From Bacteroidota bacterium (lineage in GTDB: Bacteria; Bacteroidota; Bacteroidia; Cytophagales; Cyclobacteriaceae): a stretch of 48,777 bases of DNA. Under the pieces are notes generated by a model. It searched no databases. It was not told where the DNA came from and saw only the letters and a program-made list of their open reading frames with translations. Both the position numbers and the translations under genes were made by a program. Of the stretch, positions 19,544 through 28,354 are shown one piece after another (the first letter of the stretch is position 1; each line of letters opens with the position of its first letter). The stretch is taken from contig JBEDEY010000277.1 in the NCBI GenBank assembly GCA_041175425.1, positions 1 through 48,777 of the forward strand, read 5' to 3'.

Positions 19544-19631
19544 TCTTTTGGAATCCGCAGCGTTTGTTAATTTATGTTAGGAAAAGCCTAAATTTTGTTC
19601 GCTAGAGATCATCCAAAAACAGGAAGAACGC

Positions 19632-20162
19632 ATGAATAAATCATTCAAAATTGTACTTTTACTTTTCATTATCCTGTATTCAGGACCGTTAGCGGCCCAA
19701 AAGTTTGGATACATCGATTCTGAATACATTCTCAACAAGCACCCCGATTACAAGGTGGTGCAGGAGGAACTGAAAAAGCTCAGTGAAGAATGGAAAAAAG
19801 AGGCACAAAATTTGGATCAAGAGATCAAGGAACTATCCGCTCAGCTGAAGGCTGAAGAAGTTCTGCTCACCGAAGAAATGTACCAAAAGAGAGTAGAAGT
19901 AATCAAGGCAAAGCAAAAGGCTTCGCAAGAATTTAACAGTAGGGTATTTGGGATTGATGGAATTTACTACCAGAAGCAGGCAGAGTTACTTCAGCCGCTA
20001 CAATCCAAAATATACGATGCCATCGAACGGGTATCACGCAGAAATAACCTAGCCGTCCTTTTTGACAAGGCCGCTGGTCCCTCTGCAATCATTTACACAG
20101 ATCCAAGACATGACTATTCTGAGTTTGTCCTGGAAGAATTAGGAATTGAAGACAACAATTAA
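19632..20162 (+). CDS. skp: OmpH/Skp family chaperone
   Basis: AQKFGYIDSEYIL, coiled coil, directly downstream of bamA. Confidence 0.88.
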   Translation: MNKSFKIVLLLFIILYSGPLAAQKFGYIDSEYILNKHPDYKVVQEELKKLSEEWKKEAQNLDQEIKELSAQLKAEEVLLTEEMYQKRVEVIKAKQKASQEFNSRVFGIDGIYYQKQAELLQPLQSKIYDAIERVSRRNNLAVLFDKAAGPSAIIYTDPRHDYSEFVLEELGIEDNN

Positions 20163-20173
20163 ATACACACCAA

Positions 20174-20719
20174 ATGATGAAAGTAAACGTTATCCTAGCT
20201 TCTCTAGCCCTGCTATTGGTAGGATTCACCGCCCAAGCTCAAAGCACTGTAAAAATCGGGTACACCAGCGTAGAATTAATCATGGATTTGATGCCAGAAA
20301 TGGAACAAATTGGAGCAGATGTTCAAGATTACCAGACCCAACTCCAAACCAACATTCAAACCAAAGCTGCTGACTTCCAAAAGCAGGTAGAGGCGTACCA
20401 AAAAGCTGCTCCTACCATGACTGAAACTGCTAGAGCAGCAAAAGAGCAAGAGTTGACCAAGCTTCGTGACGATGTTCAAAAATACGAGCAAGATGCCCAG
20501 ACCTCTTACCAAAGAAAATTACAAGAGCTTTTAGAGCCTGTACAAGCAAAAGTAATCAACGCCATCAATGCCGTTGCAGCAGAGAACAATTACACGCACA
20601 TCTTCGCTGAAACAGCAGGCCAGTCTCCTATTCTTCTCTACACGAAGGAAGAAGATAAATTCACAGAATTGGTATTGACCAAGTTGGGAATCCCACTTCC
20701 AAAGCCAGCTCAGAAATAA
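20174..20719 (+). CDS. skp: OmpH/Skp family chaperone, second paralogue
   Basis: KIGYTSVELIMDLMPE and AINAVAAENNYTHIF. Confidence 0.85.
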   Translation: MMKVNVILASLALLLVGFTAQAQSTVKIGYTSVELIMDLMPEMEQIGADVQDYQTQLQTNIQTKAADFQKQVEAYQKAAPTMTETARAAKEQELTKLRDDVQKYEQDAQTSYQRKLQELLEPVQAKVINAINAVAAENNYTHIFAETAGQSPILLYTKEEDKFTELVLTKLGIPLPKPAQK

Positions 20720-20726
20720 AAATTGG

Positions 20727-20751
20727 ACCGGCCCAAGTGGCCGGTTTTTTT
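20727..20751 (+). terminator. Intrinsic terminator after the second skp, abutting the thioredoxin ATG
   Basis: ACCGGCC-caagt-GGCCGGT followed by a T tract ending at 20751. Confidence 0.75.
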
Positions 20752-21057
20752 ATGGCTAAAAAATCACCCAAAGAAGTCCTACAGCAAAGTCAAGAACCAC
20801 TCTTGGTTGACTTTTATGCAGATTGGTGTGGGCCATGCCAAACCTTAGCACCAGTTTTGGATCAGGTAATTGCTGAGCTTTCCGGCAAGGTTATCCTCTT
20901 CAAAGTCAATGTAGACAAGCATCCACAGCTTGCACAACAGTTTGCCATTCGCTCCATCCCTCACCTGATGCTCTTCAAAAAAGGAAAGATCCTGTGGCGG
21001 AAAGGAGGCCTAATCACTAGCGCAGAACTACTGAAACAACTCAAGGGATTTGTATAA
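20752..21057 (+). CDS. trxA: Thioredoxin
   Basis: VDFYADWCGPC and SIP cis-Pro motif; start revised to the ATG at 20752. Confidence 0.88.
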   Translation: MAKKSPKEVLQQSQEPLLVDFYADWCGPCQTLAPVLDQVIAELSGKVILFKVNVDKHPQLAQQFAIRSIPHLMLFKKGKILWRKGGLITSAELLKQLKGFV

Positions 21058-21084
21058 AAAAAGGGGCCAAAGCCCCTTTTTTTA
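21055..21084. terminator. Bidirectional terminator overlapping both stop codons
   Basis: TAAAAAAAGGGGC-caaa-GCCCCTTTTTTTA with perfect 13-bp arms. Confidence 0.85.
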
Positions 21085-22629
21085 GATGTAGTATTTCAAG
21101 CGGATGACCTCTTGTTCTGTCAAGAACCGATAATGTCCTCTCTTCAAATCCTTTTTATCCAACCCCGCATACATTACCCGATCTAAGGCTTCTACTTCGT
21201 ACCCTAGATGAGCAAAAATTCGGCGAACAATTCGATTTCTTCCGATGTGGATCTCTAATCCAAGAATGTTCCTGTCCTTAGAAAGTACTTGCAAATCATC
21301 GACTTTGGCATCGCCATCCTCAAGAGTCAATCCTTCCAGAATTTCTTCCTCATCCTTTGCCGTCAAGGCCTTGTCCAAGGTGACTTGGTAAATTTTCTTG
21401 ATCTCATTCGACGGATGCGAAAGTTTGGCTGCAAGCTCTCCATCGTTGGTAAACAATAACAAACCAGTCGTATTTCTATCCAATCGGCCCACTGGGAAAA
21501 TTCGTTCCTCACAGGCATTTTCAACCAACTTCATCACCGTCTTGCGCTCCATAGGATCCTCAGTAGTGGTGATGAAATCCTTGGGCTTGTTTAACAAGAC
21601 ATATACTGGCTTTTCAGGATTGATTTTCTTTCCTTGAAAGACCACGTGATCGGTCTTTTTTACTTTGTAGCCCATCTCTTTGATCACCTCTCCATTCACT
21701 ACTACAAGGCCCTTCAAGATCAGCTCATCGGCTTCTCTACGGCTACAGATACCCGAGTTGGCTACGTACTTGTTGAGACGGATTAGATCTTCGGATTCCT
21801 TCTTATTCTTTTTTTGAGGAAGGGCATCAAAATTATAGTCCGGACGATCTGCATTCAGTTCTACAAACTTGCTTCTATTCTTGCCAAAGCCTCGCTTTTC
21901 AGCGCTAGATTCTGCGCCAAAAGTTTTCGTTTCTATCGCATAAACCGGCTGTTGATCTTTTCCTCTTCCTTTGTAAACTCGCTTCTCTCCAGGTGCTAAA
22001 CTTTGCTTATCGGAAGCGAAATCTTTTTTATATCCCTTTTCCTTCCCGAAGCTACTGCCCTTCGAAAAACCTTCTTTTCTATCCCCTGATTTGTTGCGAT
22101 CGGAATAGGGCTTTTTATCGTTGGAACTACCGCGTTCTGAATATGATTTTTTATCCCCAGGCCTGCTTCGTTCTGTGTAGGACTTTTTTTCTCTAGCTGA
22201 AGGGTCAAACTTTTTTTCTGAGCCTTCTTCCTTTTTAAATCGACTGGGCTTTTCTCCAAATGGCTTTTTAGAAAAAGAAGAAGCCTCTTTGCTTTCCCAT
22301 TTCTTTGGGCCACTGGAATCTTTACCGGCAAACTTGCTCCCAAAGCCTCTTCTTTCGCGGCTTTCTTCACCGGCTCTAGGGGAACGTTCACTCCGCTCCT
22401 CAGATTGGCCTTTAAAAAATCTTCCTTTAGAAGAATTCGAAGAGGAGGCTCCCTCTTTTCCTTTTTTGTCGTAAGGCTTCTTGTCGTCACCAAAAGACTT
22501 TCCCCGTCCTCGACCTGCTCCCTCTTCCCGTGAAGAAGAAGCTCCCCTGCTAGTGCGGCCTCCTTTGGAGGTTCCTGATCCTTTTTTTTCCTCGCCAAAA
22601 AATGGCTTTTTAGGATTGTTTTTTTTCAT
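21082..22629 (-). CDS. rluB: RsuA/RluB-family rRNA pseudouridine synthase with about 280-aa disordered N-terminal extension
   Basis: S4 domain IRLNKYVANSGICSRREAD, LNKPK, catalytic GRLDRNTTGLLL, GRNRIVRR. Confidence 0.8.
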   Translation of the reverse strand: MKKNNPKKPFFGEEKKGSGTSKGGRTSRGASSSREEGAGRGRGKSFGDDKKPYDKKGKEGASSSNSSKGRFFKGQSEERSERSPRAGEESRERRGFGSKFAGKDSSGPKKWESKEASSFSKKPFGEKPSRFKKEEGSEKKFDPSAREKKSYTERSRPGDKKSYSERGSSNDKKPYSDRNKSGDRKEGFSKGSSFGKEKGYKKDFASDKQSLAPGEKRVYKGRGKDQQPVYAIETKTFGAESSAEKRGFGKNRSKFVELNADRPDYNFDALPQKKNKKESEDLIRLNKYVANSGICSRREADELILKGLVVVNGEVIKEMGYKVKKTDHVVFQGKKINPEKPVYVLLNKPKDFITTTEDPMERKTVMKLVENACEERIFPVGRLDRNTTGLLLFTNDGELAAKLSHPSNEIKKIYQVTLDKALTAKDEEEILEGLTLEDGDAKVDDLQVLSKDRNILGLEIHIGRNRIVRRIFAHLGYEVEALDRVMYAGLDKKDLKRGHYRFLTEQEVIRLKYYI

Positions 22630-22701
22630 GCTGTTGCAGCATCACTGCTGTAGTTTTTTAAATGAATTTACCTTCTGAATACCAAAGGCTTAAAGTGGCC
22701 A

Positions 22702-22709
22702 CAAAGATA
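22702..22709 (-). promoter_or_regulatory. -7 promoter element for the pseudouridine synthase
   Basis: TATCTTTG on the minus strand, 72 nt upstream of the ATG. Confidence 0.5.
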
Positions 22710-22751
22710 CATGGAAAGGAATCAATACTGACCTATTATTCAAAATATTCC

Positions 22752-23573
22752 TTAAGCTTTGGCTTCGTTTTTATAATAATATTCTGTGGCATTTCGAACG
22801 GAACCCTGGGAACGAAGTAATTCATTCGCTTTTTCATAGGATACGCCCGTGGCTTCCATGATCATTTTGGTTCCTCGATCTACCAATTTGGCATTGGATA
22901 GTTGCATATCCACCATCTTATTTCCCTTGACCCGTCCCAATTTGATCATCACGGCAGTAGAAATCGTGTTCAGCAGCAATTTTTGTGCAGTGCCTGACTT
23001 CATTCGTGTACTTCCGGTCACAAATTCAGGACCAACGACTACTTCTAAGGGATGATCTACTGCCTTGCCTAGTGGAGAATCTGGATTGCAGGAAATTCCA
23101 GCAGTAAGTAAACCCATCTCTTTGGCCTTCTGAACGCCCCCCAACACATAGGGAGTACTTCCTGAAGCGGCAATACCGATGACCGTATCCAAGGTTGAAA
23201 ATCCATAGGCCTGAATATCTTTCCAAGCCTGCTCCATATCGTCTTCGGCATGCTCTACTGCTTTTCGAATCGCTGCATCTCCCCCCGCGATCAGTCCGAT
23301 GACCCAATCGTGAGGCACTCCATAGGTAGGAGGACATTCGGAGGCATCCAAGATCCCCAATCGCCCACTGGTACCTGCTCCGATATAGAACAATCGACCG
23401 CCTTCACGCATCCGGGGAACAATCTGATCCACCAATGCAGCGATTTGGTTCAATTTTTCTTTGACAGCTGGGGCTACTTTATGGTCTTCGGCATTGATTT
23501 TCTCAACCAACTCTTGGGCAGTCATTTGCTCCAAATTCTCGTAAGTTGAGCTACTTTCAGTTATTTTTTTCAT
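22752..23573 (-). CDS. murQ: N-acetylmuramic acid 6-phosphate etherase
   Basis: GAGTSGRLGILDASECPPTYG, GPEFVTGSTRMKSGTAQK, GNKMVD, NAKLVDRG. Confidence 0.95.
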   Translation of the reverse strand: MKKITESSSTYENLEQMTAQELVEKINAEDHKVAPAVKEKLNQIAALVDQIVPRMREGGRLFYIGAGTSGRLGILDASECPPTYGVPHDWVIGLIAGGDAAIRKAVEHAEDDMEQAWKDIQAYGFSTLDTVIGIAASGSTPYVLGGVQKAKEMGLLTAGISCNPDSPLGKAVDHPLEVVVGPEFVTGSTRMKSGTAQKLLLNTISTAVMIKLGRVKGNKMVDMQLSNAKLVDRGTKMIMEATGVSYEKANELLRSQGSVRNATEYYYKNEAKA

Positions 23574-24412
23574 CCCAATTCTTGATGGTAAAGCGTGAGT
23601 CCGGCAATAGGACTTTCCAAAATCATCCCTACCTGTATGCCCCGATCCGAGGCCGCCTTCCGTAAGATATCTCCATTGTAAAATGCAATAGATCCCACAA
23701 AGTGAACCGGCTTAGTTTGAAAATCCGGGTATTTGCACACGTGCTTGGTAAAGAAATTTTGAAAAGCATCGTAAAACAAGCCGTAGCAATACGGATTGGA
23801 TTTGTGTTCGGTAATGAAGCGGCAAAAACTTGCCATATAGCGGTTTGGAAAAGGCTTTCGATACACCTGCTCCTGAATCCCGTACTGGGAGAGCTGAAAG
23901 CGATCGATTGCCTCCTGACGAATGGCAGCAGGCATCTCTTCATGAATGAAGTCTTGCAGAAATTTTCTTCCAACATCACTTCCTCCTCCTTCATCACCCA
24001 AGATATAGCCAGCAGCAGGACGGGAAGAAATGATGTTTCTCCCATCGTAATCACAGCTGTTGGAGCCCGTACCAAGGATACATGCAATCCCAGGATGATG
24101 ACCACAGGTAGCCTTTGCAGCAGCTAGGAGGTCATGGTCTATCTGAATTTGGGCTGTTGGAAAAATCGCACGAAGGGCTTGCTCTACCTCTACTTTCTTC
24201 TCAGGAGCGGCACATCCTGCCCCGTAGTAATAGATCTCTTCAATCTCTTGGGAGAGATTCAACAAAAACTCCTGCTTCAACTGCTCTGTCATCTCAGCTA
24301 CACTCAGGTAATAGGGATTAAAGCCAATCCCACGAAATTGACTGATTTGGCCATTCTTGTGGATTACCCGCCAATCGGTTTTGCTAGACCCACTATCTGC
24401 TATTAAAATCAT
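23570..24412 (-). CDS. BadF/BadG/BcrA/BcrD-type amino-sugar kinase (GlcNAc/MurNAc kinase-like)
   Basis: MILIADSGSSKTDW, YYGAGC, ILGTGSNS, GYILGDEG, FVGSIA; 4-nt overlap with murQ. Confidence 0.82.
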   Translation of the reverse strand: MILIADSGSSKTDWRVIHKNGQISQFRGIGFNPYYLSVAEMTEQLKQEFLLNLSQEIEEIYYYGAGCAAPEKKVEVEQALRAIFPTAQIQIDHDLLAAAKATCGHHPGIACILGTGSNSCDYDGRNIISSRPAAGYILGDEGGGSDVGRKFLQDFIHEEMPAAIRQEAIDRFQLSQYGIQEQVYRKPFPNRYMASFCRFITEHKSNPYCYGLFYDAFQNFFTKHVCKYPDFQTKPVHFVGSIAFYNGDILRKAASDRGIQVGMILESPIAGLTLYHQELG

Positions 24413-24641
24413 CTGGATGAAGTTGGCCTATGGCCTCAAATTTTTCAAATACTTTTTCCGTATGGGGAGCGTCCCCAAGTTCTGTTGTCAAATCTTGTCC
24501 TGCCCAATGCTCGTAATGCTTGCCATTTTTCCACAATTTGGATTGGGTAACATCGTAAATGACTCCTTTGAAGGCCACCCATATTTCTGGCTTATCCTGA
24601 CCATTCCGCAGCGCTAATTGCTGCCGGGTGTAACGGTTCAT
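24393..24641 (-). CDS. Cytochrome b5-like heme/steroid-binding protein
   Basis: YTRQQLALRNG, WVAFKGVIYDVT, HWAGQDLT, APH. Start revised to 24641, giving a TGATG overlap with the upstream gene. Confidence 0.85.
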   Translation of the reverse strand: MNRYTRQQLALRNGQDKPEIWVAFKGVIYDVTQSKLWKNGKHYEHWAGQDLTTELGDAPHTEKVFEKFEAIGQLHPDDFNSR

Positions 24642-25792
24642 CAATAGAGCTTGATTTGTGCAGTTACCCAACGCTCGGGAATCTCTCCCTGCTGCGCCTG
24701 TTGGTAATCCGCATAGCTACAAGGTACAATGCTCACCCGTTCGAATCGGCTGGCATCATTGTAGGGGATCTCCATCCACCACTTTCCACTTCGCTTACTT
24801 TTGTAGAAAACCAAGGTATTGGGCTTGGAGTCCATTGATACGGTGTATTTCATGTAGGCCGCACTCTTAAAAGAGAGGCTATCCTTTCTACTGTAAAACC
24901 CTTCGATGAAGTACCAGATCATGACAGCCGCTACCTGAGCAGTCTTGTTGTGCGTATCGTCGTAATAGGGGTCGTAACCATACACTCCAAAGGAGCTCAA
25001 TTTCTCGTTTGAACCAGCAAACCAACAGATCTGACTTGCTTCCTCGCCAGATAGTCCAAAAGGCTGGGCATCTACCGCGCCTGGCGCTACCGAAGATTGA
25101 ATGGCGCACAAATCAAAACTCATCAAATCTGCATCTCGAATTAAGGGCTCGATTTCTTTGAAATTATCCCGAAGCTGCCCTAGCCGCACATGTTCAAAAT
25201 AGAGCTTCTCCAAGGCAGCTACCAAGGTAGGGTCTACCAAAAAGCTCTGGTATGCCAAGTGTGTGGAAGAGAATAGGAAGTTGGGTTGGTGAAGGACCAC
25301 CTCTTGGGTATGCCGATCGCTTTCTGGACCAGCCTCTTCCATGTCGATTTTTGCATCGACAGTGAGTAGGGTCACTAGCTTCTTTAATTTTTGGTAGGAC
25401 AGGTATTGGCCGTAATCGAGGTCGTGTGTCCCTCCAAAAAAGACAGGCAATATTTGTTGCCGCATCAGGTAATCCCCTACCTGCCGAATATTTTGGTAGG
25501 TATCATTCAGGCTTTCCCCAGAGATTAGATCTCCCAAGTCTGCAATTTGGTACGGAACGGCCCCTTTTTTTAGCTGGTAAAGCTTCTCACGAATCTCAGA
25601 ACTTGCTCGATGGATACTTTCGGAGCGCTTTGTTCCCCGACTTTCTTTCAAGCCCACTAAGGCAATTTGAATGCCTCTGAGTTCTGGAAAGCCATGGTGG
25701 TGAATGGTGAGCTGATTAAAAAAGGAGTTCTCGAGGTAGCCTTTTTCTACAACAGCAGATTCTACAGGCTCAAAAAAAGAAGAAATGTTCAT
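24641..25792 (-). CDS. Arginase/formimidoylglutamase-family protein with degenerate metal ligands
   Basis: IADLGDL, GGTHDL, VDAKID, SFDLCAI...APG...PFGL, and a Bacteroidota-type C-terminal domain (FYKSKRSGKWWMEIP, PCSYADY). Confidence 0.8.
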   Translation of the reverse strand: MNISSFFEPVESAVVEKGYLENSFFNQLTIHHHGFPELRGIQIALVGLKESRGTKRSESIHRASSEIREKLYQLKKGAVPYQIADLGDLISGESLNDTYQNIRQVGDYLMRQQILPVFFGGTHDLDYGQYLSYQKLKKLVTLLTVDAKIDMEEAGPESDRHTQEVVLHQPNFLFSSTHLAYQSFLVDPTLVAALEKLYFEHVRLGQLRDNFKEIEPLIRDADLMSFDLCAIQSSVAPGAVDAQPFGLSGEEASQICWFAGSNEKLSSFGVYGYDPYYDDTHNKTAQVAAVMIWYFIEGFYSRKDSLSFKSAAYMKYTVSMDSKPNTLVFYKSKRSGKWWMEIPYNDASRFERVSIVPCSYADYQQAQQGEIPERWVTAQIKLY

Positions 25793-25830
25793 GGAAAGTC
25801 TTTAGGTTTTTAAAACTAATCAAAAATGAT

Positions 25831-25869
25831 ACCTAAAAAAAAATCCTGCAGTTGCAGGATTTTTTAGGT
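25831..25869 (-). terminator. Intrinsic terminator after nqrF
   Basis: ACCTAAAAAAAAATCCTGCA-gt-TGCAGGATTTTTTAGGT inverted repeat. Confidence 0.8.
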
Positions 25870-25873
25870 CGAC

Positions 25874-27178
25874 TTAACCACCGAAATCGTCAAATCGAAT
25901 ATTTTCTTTCGGAATACCCAAGTCGTCTAGCAACTTAAGTACCGCGGCGTTCATCAATGGAGGACCGCATAGGTAGTATTCTACTTCATCTGGCTCAGGG
26001 TGATTTTTGAGGTAGTTTTCAAACAATACCTGGTGGATGAATCCTACATAGCCATCTGCTTCACGATCTTCCAAAGAGGTCTTGATTTTCCAGTTGTCTT
26101 CAGGAAGGGGCTCAGATAATCCGATGTGGAAATTGAAATTCGGGAATTCCTTCTCGATTTCTCTGAAGTGAGGTACATAGAACAATTCTTTTTTAGAACG
26201 TCCACCATACCAGTAGGAAACCTTACGTGAAGTTTTTTCAGTGTGGAATAGGTGGAAGATTTGTGCTCTTAATGGAGCCATCCCTGCACCACCACCGATG
26301 TAGATCATTTCTCTCTGAGTAGGGTTGATGTGGAATTCTCCGTAAGGTCCAGAGATCATCACTTTATCTCCTGGCTTGCATCCAAACACGTAAGAAGAGC
26401 AAACCCCAGGATTGACATCCATCCAACGGTTGTTGGCACGATCCCATGGTGGAGTCGCAATACGGATTGTCAACATTACAATATTTCCTTCAGCAGGGTG
26501 GTTGGCCATGGAATAGGCACGGAATAGGGGCTCGTCATTTTTCATCACCAAGCTCCACAAACCAAACTTATCCCAATCGCTCTTGTACACATCGGCAGGG
26601 TGTCCCAATTCCGGATGCGGAGTGATATCCATATCCTTGAAGTTAACCTTGATTGCAGGCACATCAATCTGAATGTATCCTCCCGCTTCAAAGTGAAGGA
26701 TTTCACCTTCAGGAAGTTTTACTTTAAATTCTTTGATGAACGTAGATACGTTGTAATTAGAGATTACTTCACATTCCCACTTTTTGATACCAAAAATCTC
26801 TTCAGGAACGCGGATTTTCATGTCTTGCTTTACCTTCACTTGGCATGCCAAACGAACGTGACCTTGCTGCTCTGCACGGCTCAGGTGACCTACTTCAGTC
26901 GGCAATACATCTCCACCCCCATCATCTACAATACACTTACACATCGCGCAAGTTCCCCCACCACCACAGGCAGAAGGAAGAAAGATTTTTTGATTACCTA
27001 AGGTAGACAGCAAGCTTGACCCCGCAGAAGCAACAATTGGATTGCTTTCGTCCCCGTTAATAATAATCTTAACATCTCCAGAATTCACCAGTTTGGACTG
27101 GGCAAAAAGGAGAATAAATACCAGTAGCAGAATGATCGCCGTAAACGCTACAATGGAAGTAATAATTACAGAACCCAT
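25874..27178 (-). CDS. nqrF: Na(+)-translocating NADH:quinone reductase subunit F
   Basis: N-terminal TM, 2Fe-2S motif [12 protein letters not shown]...[31 protein letters not shown]-terminal DDFGG. Confidence 0.95.
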   Translation of the reverse strand: MGSVIITSIVAFTAIILLLVFILLFAQSKLVNSGDVKIIINGDESNPIVASAGSSLLSTLGNQKIFLPSACGGGGTCAMCKCIVDDGGGDVLPTEVGHLSRAEQQGHVRLACQVKVKQDMKIRVPEEIFGIKKWECEVISNYNVSTFIKEFKVKLPEGEILHFEAGGYIQIDVPAIKVNFKDMDITPHPELGHPADVYKSDWDKFGLWSLVMKNDEPLFRAYSMANHPAEGNIVMLTIRIATPPWDRANNRWMDVNPGVCSSYVFGCKPGDKVMISGPYGEFHINPTQREMIYIGGGAGMAPLRAQIFHLFHTEKTSRKVSYWYGGRSKKELFYVPHFREIEKEFPNFNFHIGLSEPLPEDNWKIKTSLEDREADGYVGFIHQVLFENYLKNHPEPDEVEYYLCGPPLMNAAVLKLLDDLGIPKENIRFDDFGG

Positions 27179-27226
27179 GAAATCTTAATTTTTATTTTTC
27201 GTAGGAAAACCCCGTTTTTGGGAGCA

Positions 27227-27260
27227 CAAATATATTTATTAATCAGGAATGCGCGCCAAA
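27227..27260 (-). promoter_or_regulatory. Probable promoter for nqrF
   Basis: Minus strand TTTG (27260-27257), 22-nt spacer, TATATTTG (27234-27227). Confidence 0.5.
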
Positions 27261-27314
27261 AATACTGGCAAATTTGGAAGCAATTTCTGACTTCTTTTTT
27301 GGTATTCTAACCGA

Positions 27315-28157
27315 TTAATTCTTCAATAGGTTTAGCAAAGTACTCAACTTTAATTTCAACAGTCGCCTGTCGACAATGAAATCAAGAAAACCGTGCTCCA
27401 ATACAAACTCTGAACTCTGAAATCCCTTGGGCAAATCCTTACCGATAGTCTCTCGAATCACACGTGGACCAGCAAATCCAATCAAGGCTCCTGGTTCAGC
27501 AATGTTGAAATCGCCCAACATGGCATAGGATGCCGTAACGCCACCTGTAGTAGGATCAGTAAGTAGGGAGATGTAGGGAATGCCTGCTTTATCGAGTAAG
27601 GCTAGTTTGGCAGAGGTCTTTGCCATCTGCATCAACGAAAATCCTGCTTCCATCATTCGTGCTCCCCCTGATTTGGAAATCATAAGGAAGGGAATTTTGT
27701 GTTTCAAGGAATGGTCGATTGCTCTAGCAATTTTTTCTCCAACTACCGAACCCATGGATCCACCAATAAAATTGAAATCCATGCAAGCAATGACGAGGTC
27801 CACGCCATTCATCTTCCCGTAGGCTGCTCTCACAGCATCGTTCAGTTCAGATTTACTGATGGTAGCCTCAATTCGAGATGAATAGGATTTGGTATCCACA
27901 AAATTTAGAGGATCCCCTGACTTCATTCCTTCATCTAATTCGGTAAAATCATTTTGATCAAAAAGGATCTCAAAGTATTCTTTGGAACCAATTTTGACAT
28001 GGAAGTCATCGGTTGGGGATACGTAGGCATTACTTTTCAGTTCACGGGTATGTACGATTGTCCCGCTGGGAGTCTTAAACCACAACCCATCCGGCGTATC
28101 CTTCTTATCCGCTGTAGAAGTTTTGATGCCTTTGTCAGTTCTCTTAAACCAAGCCAT
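27315..28157 (-). CDS. accD: Acetyl-CoA carboxylase carboxyltransferase beta subunit, without Zn-finger cysteines
   Basis: [41 protein letters not shown]. Confidence 0.95.
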   Translation of the reverse strand: MAWFKRTDKGIKTSTADKKDTPDGLWFKTPSGTIVHTRELKSNAYVSPTDDFHVKIGSKEYFEILFDQNDFTELDEGMKSGDPLNFVDTKSYSSRIEATISKSELNDAVRAAYGKMNGVDLVIACMDFNFIGGSMGSVVGEKIARAIDHSLKHKIPFLMISKSGGARMMEAGFSLMQMAKTSAKLALLDKAGIPYISLLTDPTTGGVTASYAMLGDFNIAEPGALIGFAGPRVIRETIGKDLPKGFQSSEFVLEHGFLDFIVDRRLLKLKLSTLLNLLKN

Positions 28158-28193
28158 TTAACCAGTTTGAATGTTCTTACGCCTCAAAGGTGA

Positions 28194-28201
28194 CAAATTT
28201 A
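28194..28201 (-). promoter_or_regulatory. -7 promoter element for accD
   Basis: TAAATTTG on the minus strand, 36 nt upstream of the ATG. Confidence 0.45.
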
Positions 28202-28354
28202 GTTTGAAACTCTTATAATTAAAATTTTATTATCAACCCCTCTTTCGGTCTGTTTGACCACTAGCCTAAATTTCCTTTTTCTAGGGAATATTTTTTAGTA
28301 CTTTGAAATTCAATTACAGCACAACCACCCCTTACTCACGAACTAGCAAAGCCC

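Noticed and set aside
21996-22598. 200-aa alternative-frame ORF on the same strand inside the pseudouridine synthase tail
   Set aside because: It has no recognisable motifs, and purine-rich low-complexity coding sequence is naturally poor in off-frame stops. The main frame is continuous, so no frameshift is needed.
28247-28259. GGTC-N5-GACC palindrome upstream of cstA as a possible operator
   Set aside because: The arms are only 4 bp, which is expected by chance, and no second copy was seen.
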